Positions 56,959 through 64,000 of a stretch of DNA of 64,000 nucleotides are shown piece after piece. Below the pieces are notes generated by a model, which saw only the letters and a list, made by a program, of their open reading frames with translations, searched no databases and had not been told where the DNA came from. The position numbers and the translations under genes are program-made. How positions within the stretch are numbered: position 1 is the stretch's first letter; each line of letters begins with the position of its first letter. This stretch comes from Candidatus Moraniibacteriota bacterium (lineage in GTDB: Bacteria; Patescibacteriota; Minisyncoccia; Moranbacterales; UBA1568). Location of the stretch: the NCBI GenBank assembly GCA_043743535.1, contig JAYTWI010000009.1, positions 67,407 through 131,406 of the forward strand, given 5' to 3'.

Positions 56959-57480
56959 ATGGCCACTTCCAAAGTAACAACTGAAACTGAAGTAGCACAA
57001 CCCGTGGTCAAGACGGTCAAGAAAGCTGTGGCCAAAAAGGTAGCGCCAAAAGCGGCTCCGAAAGTAGCCAAGAAGGCGGAAGTAGCCGCACGCTATCTGT
57101 ATGCTGTCGGACGACGTAAAACAGCCGTCGCTCAGGTACGCCTCTACCCAGTGGCCAAGTCTGAAGGAGTAACTGTCAATAAGAAAACTATCCGCGAATA
57201 TTTTGGTACTGTGGCTTTGGAGGCACAGGCGCTCCTTCCGCTCAAAACTGCTGGTCTCGAGGAATCATTCACCGTGACGGTGGTGGTACGTGGTGGGGGG
57301 CTACATGGTCAGGCTGACGCCATCAAGCTCGGTGTGGCTCGCGCTCTTATCCTCCACGATATTTTGCTCCGTCCGACTTTGAAAGCCTTAGGATTTTTGA
57401 CCCGTGATGCTCGCGCCGTGGAGCGCAAGAAGCCAGGTTTGAAGAAAGCTCGTCGCGCTCCACAGTGGAGCAAACGGTAA
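56959..57480 (+). CDS. rpsI: 30S ribosomal protein S9 with Lys/Ala-rich N-extension
   Basis: VGRRKTAVAQV, GGGLHGQA, LTRDARAVERKKPG, PQWSKR. Confidence 0.98.
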   Translation: MATSKVTTETEVAQPVVKTVKKAVAKKVAPKAAPKVAKKAEVAARYLYAVGRRKTAVAQVRLYPVAKSEGVTVNKKTIREYFGTVALEAQALLPLKTAGLEESFTVTVVVRGGGLHGQADAIKLGVARALILHDILLRPTLKALGFLTRDARAVERKKPGLKKARRAPQWSKR

Positions 57481-57514
57481 GCGAAACATTTTTCAGATTT
57501 CTGTACTGCAAAAC

Positions 57515-58705
57515 TTAAAACTCCGGCAATCCGGAGTTTTTGCTTGGTGGAAAGCAAGAGTACTTCACGCAGCTTTTTTGAGCGGAGGCATGATAGGGCC
57601 GATCGAGAAAACGCATAACATCCTGGCAATCCGTGTTTTCGTCTGACCCTACTTGTTTAAGGTAAGTGTCAATGTCAAAATCCTTTAGTTCGTCATTAAT
57701 CCAAAGCTTTGCCAGTTCATGATTCATGAGTCCGTGGTTTGTTTCTTCGACGAGAATGGAGAGAGTACGGAAAATAGGGAAGGCTTTTTTGTAGGGTCTA
57801 TCTGAACGCAGAGCATCAAAAACGTCTGCCAGACGGAGCGTAGCCAAGAGGGCACTCACCTGCACTACTTCCTTTGAAATAGGTCGGGTTTCTTCTCGGC
57901 CTACGGCTTTTTCGTGGTGGTTACCGATCAGGGGAAGAATGGGACTTCCTGGGAAGTAGCGCGTCGCGATCTCGACTGAGACATCTTGGTGTGTGGCGAT
58001 GAGTGCGCCGAGCGATTGATTCGTGTCTATGCCCCGCCTCTGCAGTGAGGTATTTTCCTCTTTAGATAGGGCGACTGCAAGTGGGGTGAGGTCTTTGGGG
58101 CGCAAGTGGGGTTGGCTCGCGAGCGTGGTCGCGTAATCGGCGATTTTTTTCTTGGCAACCTCCGGAGAAAAAGAATTGTGACAGAATTGTTCGAAGAACG
58201 TGCGCCAATGGGTATCAGTAAGATAGTTATTGAGGATAGCGGGTTTGGGGGTAAGAATGATTTTTCCCATATCATGGAGCAAACAGGCGTGCTCAATATC
58301 CCAAGGTACTAGGCCTTCTTTTTTTATTTCCTGGCGTAGATATTCACCCACCGGACCAAGACTTTGGATTTTTTGGTGAGCTATTTGGTACGTCCGCAGG
58401 CAGTGTTCAAATGTTTCATGGTCGAAAAGTTCGAGAATGGTGAGCATTTCCCAATCTCCACTCATCAGTAACTTTTTGTTATCACCAAGGATTGCTTCAC
58501 TTCGTTTTTTGGTGCGCTCCATGGCCTCTTCGAGTAGTCCCCCATGCTCCTTTTTGGAAAAAGTATGGAGAATGGTTTCGTAGTTCCCAAGCTGGCAAAT
58601 ATCACGAGCCACCGCTTCATGATCCCACCTTTCTTCTTCGCTTCCATGTTTCTGTGCGCGCGAAGGAGAAATAATTTCTAAAGGCCTGCCAAATTCATGA
58701 GGCAT
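57515..58705 (-). CDS. HD-GYP-like metal-dependent phosphohydrolase
   Basis: TFEHCLR, LLHDMGK, HHE, LADVFDALRSDRPYK. Confidence 0.8.
   Translation of the reverse strand: MPHEFGRPLEIISPSRAQKHGSEEERWDHEAVARDICQLGNYETILHTFSKKEHGGLLEEAMERTKKRSEAILGDNKKLLMSGDWEMLTILELFDHETFEHCLRTYQIAHQKIQSLGPVGEYLRQEIKKEGLVPWDIEHACLLHDMGKIILTPKPAILNNYLTDTHWRTFFEQFCHNSFSPEVAKKKIADYATTLASQPHLRPKDLTPLAVALSKEENTSLQRRGIDTNQSLGALIATHQDVSVEIATRYFPGSPILPLIGNHHEKAVGREETRPISKEVVQVSALLATLRLADVFDALRSDRPYKKAFPIFRTLSILVEETNHGLMNHELAKLWINDELKDFDIDTYLKQVGSDENTDCQDVMRFLDRPYHASAQKSCVKYSCFPPSKNSGLPEF
57518..57542. terminator. Bidirectional terminator
   Basis: AAAACTCCGG-caat-CCGGAGTTTT. Confidence 0.8.
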
Positions 58706-58719
58706 ATTGTCGTTATTAT

Positions 58720-60195
58720 TTATAAACCGAAAAGATTAGTAGAGGGGCTGATGAGGGAGACCGAAGTAACGGTGTTGTTGGTCATATTTGGGTCTTTGAG
58801 AGTTCGTACGACGTAGAGAGTACCTTCGTTAAAACGAGGTAGGACTTGTAAGAGTGGAGTATCGAAGGTCAACAAATCAGCAAAATCTCGCCGGTCACGA
58901 CTGTCGAGTTCGGCTATTTTAACATTCTGACCGATAGTGAAGAGAATATGTTCGTAGTCGCCTGACCACAGGACATTGTGGATGGAGCTGGAAAAACGGG
59001 CAATCTGGATGATGCTATCCATCGCGCGCATCGGTTGAGCCTGCCAATCTTGATTGAAGTAGACCGATGCCTCATTATCACTGTAAAAGAGGAGTTTCTT
59101 GCCATCATCTGAGTACTGGACACCCTGAATACCTTGGCCGATTGCTTTGAGCGGGTTTTCGGTCACCTGTTTGTTGTAAACGAAAAGTTTACCGGAGGAA
59201 TGGTTGATGACCGCAAGGTACTCCTTGTTATACGTGATGAGCGTGTAGGTGTTGGAAGCTTCAATGGGAAGGGGCGTGGGAGTGATTTGCTTGGGAGTGG
59301 CGTCGGTACTACTGGCTGGGATTTGATAGACAATGCCATTTTCACTGCTCAAATAATAGATATTGCGTCCAGAGATGTCATAGGCTGCCACCTGATTTTT
59401 GACCAAGATGGGCAGTGGTTTGATCTCCGCACTGTCGATGCGGTAGAGTGCGCCTTGGTTGAGAAAGAAGAGGAAATTTTTTGCGGTAGCATCCCAACGT
59501 ACGTCAGTGATGGTAGTTTTTGTTTGGGCCAAATCGTTGAGGGAAAGACTTTTTTTGGTGGTGATATCACTGATGATATAGATGAGGTGGCCATTTTCCA
59601 AGAGAGGGATACAAAGCTTGTGGCTTTCAGGCGACCACTCGATGTTCGCTCGGGATTGAGGAGAAAATGAAGCGGTGGTGGTGGCAAATACTTCTTCGCT
59701 TTCTTCAGCCTTAGGGTCGATGATTTCTACACTGTAGCGGTTGTCGGACTTTTTGACGGTAGCAAGTAGTCCGTTGGGGGCGGGGAAGAGCTTGATAACT
59801 TGCTCAGTATGGGGGACAGGCAGTTGTTCGTAATTTTCTTTCACCAGAAAGACGTTCCAAAATTCCGTAGTGAGACCGCTTTGGATGACTACTTTTTTAC
59901 TCCATTTCTTGTAGCCCTTGGCGCCAACTTCTACGAAGTGTTCGTCGGGGTTGAGACCCGTGACATGGATGGAATTATTGAGGAGGCCTAACCGCTGCTT
60001 GGGCACCACGACACCATCGATCGTGATGATGACAGGGTCGGTATTGATTTTGAGTGACAGTGAACCGGTGGAAATGAAAATACCACGTTCAAAGCTGAAA
60101 CGGTAGCCAAAAGTGTAGAACACGACAGAGCTGGCCGTTACGAAAAAAGTTACGACAAAAAGAGCGAAAAGATAAGGGCGCAGGCGTTTGAGCAT
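58720..60195 (-). CDS. PEGA-domain / beta-propeller membrane-anchored protein
   Basis: TM, GYRFSF...TGSL, KGYKKWSKK (PEGA), WSPESHK, YSDDGKKLLF. Confidence 0.75.
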   Translation of the reverse strand: MLKRLRPYLFALFVVTFFVTASSVVFYTFGYRFSFERGIFISTGSLSLKINTDPVIITIDGVVVPKQRLGLLNNSIHVTGLNPDEHFVEVGAKGYKKWSKKVVIQSGLTTEFWNVFLVKENYEQLPVPHTEQVIKLFPAPNGLLATVKKSDNRYSVEIIDPKAEESEEVFATTTASFSPQSRANIEWSPESHKLCIPLLENGHLIYIISDITTKKSLSLNDLAQTKTTITDVRWDATAKNFLFFLNQGALYRIDSAEIKPLPILVKNQVAAYDISGRNIYYLSSENGIVYQIPASSTDATPKQITPTPLPIEASNTYTLITYNKEYLAVINHSSGKLFVYNKQVTENPLKAIGQGIQGVQYSDDGKKLLFYSDNEASVYFNQDWQAQPMRAMDSIIQIARFSSSIHNVLWSGDYEHILFTIGQNVKIAELDSRDRRDFADLLTFDTPLLQVLPRFNEGTLYVVRTLKDPNMTNNTVTSVSLISPSTNLFGL

Positions 60196-60398
60196 AGTCT
60201 AAAAAGAGTTTACGAAACGCTGTCTCCTTCTAGTATACCTCAAAAAATGAGAACACTCTAGGGTTGAAAAATAGCTTGATAAAGGCATATTTTCGATTAT
60301 TTTGTTTAGGCATATTTTTGACAAAGGAGTGCTCTGCGGTGTAAGCTATAGGGGCGTTGCGCAAGAATAGGTGTGTTTACTCAGAATGTCCACTGTCT

Positions 60399-60902
60399 AT
60401 GGTTTGGTTCAACAGTTTCATCTCCGCTCTGCACATTCCAAACAATCTGGCGGGGGACTTGTCTCTCTTTTTGTTTTTTATTGCCCTTAGTCTAGTTTTT
60501 GGTTTTGTTTTCGGACGGTGGAAGTTGGTCAATATTCTGATCAATGTCTATATCGCCCTGGCTCTGGCTAATATTTTGCCTAAAGAACTCTTGGCCTTCT
60601 CGATATATGCTAAGGCTGTTGTTTTTGTCACGCTGCTCGTTTTTTTGACTGCGGTTGATGATCGTCTGTTCGATGTCCATATTACCAACGCTGGCACTGA
60701 CTTTTTTTGGCGTCTTTTTGTGATGAGCATCATGGTGACCGGCATGGTGTTGAGCTCCGCCCTTTCCTTGGTGCCCAAGGCGTTTGCCTTAAGCTATATT
60801 TCCGCGGCTGCCTATGGCTACTTTGCTTCCCCCTTCGCCCTGATTTTCTGGATGACTATTCCACTTTTACTCCTTCTCTTTATCAACAATCGATTGAAGT
60901 AG
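60399..60902 (+). CDS. Hypothetical multi-TM membrane protein
   Basis: About five hydrophobic segments. Confidence 0.7.
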   Translation: MVWFNSFISALHIPNNLAGDLSLFLFFIALSLVFGFVFGRWKLVNILINVYIALALANILPKELLAFSIYAKAVVFVTLLVFLTAVDDRLFDVHITNAGTDFFWRLFVMSIMVTGMVLSSALSLVPKAFALSYISAAAYGYFASPFALIFWMTIPLLLLLFINNRLK

Positions 60903-60937
60903 GACAGGTCAGCATTGTTCGTGGATGACTGACAAAA

Positions 60938-61021
60938 AATAATAGGTATTTATCTGATTTTACCAGCACTCGCTTGCGGAAACGGAAGTAAACTTTCGTT
61001 TCGCTCACTTCGTTTGGTAAT
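60938..61021 (+). repeat. Dispersed palindromic repeat, copy C
   Basis: Aligns with 43277-43358. Confidence 0.88.
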
Positions 61022-61101
61022 GAAAAGCCGCAGGGAGAACATGTCTCGCTGCGGTTTGTTGGTGCTTGACGCGTGCTTGTTAGCGTGGGTTATGACGAGG
61101 C

Positions 61102-61539
61102 CTACTGCCTGATGATTCCCATACGCCCCCCCTTTTTTTTGGAAATTATCCGGATTATTGGTCGGCACGCCCGAGGGATGCTGAGGAGCGTCAACAGCAG
61201 GCCAGATGCCAGCCAGAGTGGCCACCAGCCGAATGAATGGCTCTTTTCGCGTGTCAAGACTAAGAACAGTAAAGCAATCATTGGCGGTAATACGAACCAG
61301 AAGGTCAATCCCAGTCCGTGTTTGTGCCACTTGAAACGGTTGATTGCGAGAATGGCCACGATGACCAGATAGAGCACAATCATCAGGATTAGAGCGCTAT
61401 TACCACTGGTGGCGGTCAGCTGGCCATGCTTGCGAGCAAGTGAGAGGTACCACTCGCCAGCCCCGAGACAGAGAACCATGATGGCTGCTGCTCCGATAGC
61501 AGCCATCATGATGCGGAGGAGAGATTTAAAGAACTGCAT
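61102..61539 (-). CDS. Hypothetical 4-TM membrane protein
   Basis: Four hydrophobic segments; AAGGAAG upstream of ATG. Confidence 0.6.
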   Translation of the reverse strand: MQFFKSLLRIMMAAIGAAAIMVLCLGAGEWYLSLARKHGQLTATSGNSALILMIVLYLVIVAILAINRFKWHKHGLGLTFWFVLPPMIALLFLVLTREKSHSFGWWPLWLASGLLLTLLSIPRACRPIIRIISKKKGGRMGIIRQ

Positions 61540-61827
61540 ACTGATCTTCCTTTGGTTTACCAAACGGCTTGTTTGGGGTTGTCCGTATTATACAACCCTC
61601 GTCCTGATTGTAAATGGCCGACGGAGGCTCAAGCGGGCATCATCGCTGTCCGTAATCATGACGGCGAAGAACAGCAGGCCGAGCAGAAAGAGGGGGAGAC
61701 GCGCCAGAACCAATAGCAATCCGTGCTGCAAACAGAAAAAAATATAGTATACGTTGGCTTGTTTCCGTCTTTATTGACAGTTCGTTTTTGTTGCGTGGTG
61801 CATCAGACCAGGGAGTCCTAGGCGGCC

Positions 61828-61855
61828 TTGACACGCTCTTAATACTTGCTATACT
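61828..61855 (+). promoter_or_regulatory. rRNA promoter
   Basis: TTGACA-16 bp-TATACT with extended -10 TG, upstream of the 16S leader. Confidence 0.75.
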
Positions 61856-62144
61856 GGGTAAGCAATCTAGAAGCCATGTGGTCATGGGTTGCTTTTGTTT
61901 CTATCTGTTTTTCTAAACAGGGTGAACCGTAACTTAACAATTTAAGAGCCGTTCAAAATTATGCGCACGCATGGTTTTGGACAAACAATAAACAAATCAC
62001 AATTTTTTGTGGTTAGTCCTTGTCTTTTATTTCCTTCGGGAGAAAAAAGATAATTACGGAAAACTCTATTCTATTATCGAATCTGAAATTCCGGCGAGTG
62101 AAGTATATCGCCGGGAGTTTGCGCAAGCGAATGATTCATATATT

Positions 62145-63588
<1,444 letters not shown>

Positions 63589-64000
63589 AAGAACCGCGCA
63601 CAGCGGGTAATATTGCCAAGTCGTTCAAATCGACTCCTTCGTCTCGTCGACGAAGCGTAGCAGAAAGATAGTTCATTCCCGCGAGGGAATGAGCGGAGGA
63701 TCTGGATGCAAATCATAGCCTCGAAAGATGCACTGTCCATACAGTGCGGAAAAGCGGTGATTGAGCCATGAAAATAGGCGGTGAGCATGGTGAAAATCAA
63801 ACAAAACCGCATCTTGGATGTGAAGAAAGGGAGTATTACTTACCTGTGGAGAGCTCATGTTGTTACGCCGCGTAAGTGGCGTATAATGAAACTTATGCAA
63901 CATGAGCAGTCAGCTGGACTATAGTATCCGTCTTTATAAGACGAGAGAAGGGTCCACTCGATGCAAATTGGTATGGAATTAACACCAGAATATATTGTTG
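63589..64000 (+). ncRNA. Group I-like intron in 16S near E. coli position 1396-1399 (partial)
   Basis: The expected CGCCCGTC continuation is absent; P/Q-like pair GTGCGGAAAAG ... AAACCGCATC; R-like TCAGCTGGACTA. Confidence 0.72.
63961..64000 (+). CDS. Start of a putative LAGLIDADG homing endonuclease inside the intron (truncated by the window)
   Basis: MQIGMELTPEYIV(G) resembles the lead-in to the LAGLIDADG motif (P.YI.G..DG.G); only 13 codons visible. Confidence 0.5.
   Translation, partial: MQIGMELTPEYIV

Noticed and set aside
61580-61740. Possible small hydrophobic peptide on the minus strand
   Set aside because: Only a TTG start, no RBS or family motif

Overview
64 kb of a small-genome bacterium, very probably Patescibacteria/CPR (Parcubacteria-like). 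Evidence: CPR-type 16S with a short V1 and insertions, CPR-typical hypothetical proteins, RpoA without a CTD, and the standard genetic code. The housekeeping backbone is map-ruvX, galT-tpiA-fba-gap, murD, gdh/trxB, murA-mreB, several glycosyltransferases, holB, ftsQ, rmuC, prmC-prfA-rpmE, rpsB-tsf, five tRNAs, rpmG, isoprenoid synthases, the infA-rpsM-rpsK-rpsD-rpoA-rplQ-rplM-rpsI block and the 5' part of a 16S rRNA gene. The 16S carries a heptad-repeat hairpin insertion in h40 and a group I intron that seems to begin a LAGLIDADG ORF at the window edge. The most unusual features are: (1) several integrase-free mini-cassettes, each bounded by a duplicated 3' end of ruvX, tRNA-Tyr or tRNA-Thr and preceded by a fold-back element ending in (G)AATCCC or a close variant; one cassette carries an orphan gene that looks like a diversity-generating retroelement target; (2) an operon of two large repeat-module proteins, a DUF5663-like gene and a lone VirD4/TraD-like ATPase; (3) a dispersed ~82-bp palindromic repeat and 7-bp-periodic tracts; (4) a D-aminoacylase homologue lacking its catalytic residues, a His-less CsoR-family repressor and a 34-aa histone-H1-like microprotein missing from the ORF track. 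All calls come from reading the sequence by eye; no database searches were run.
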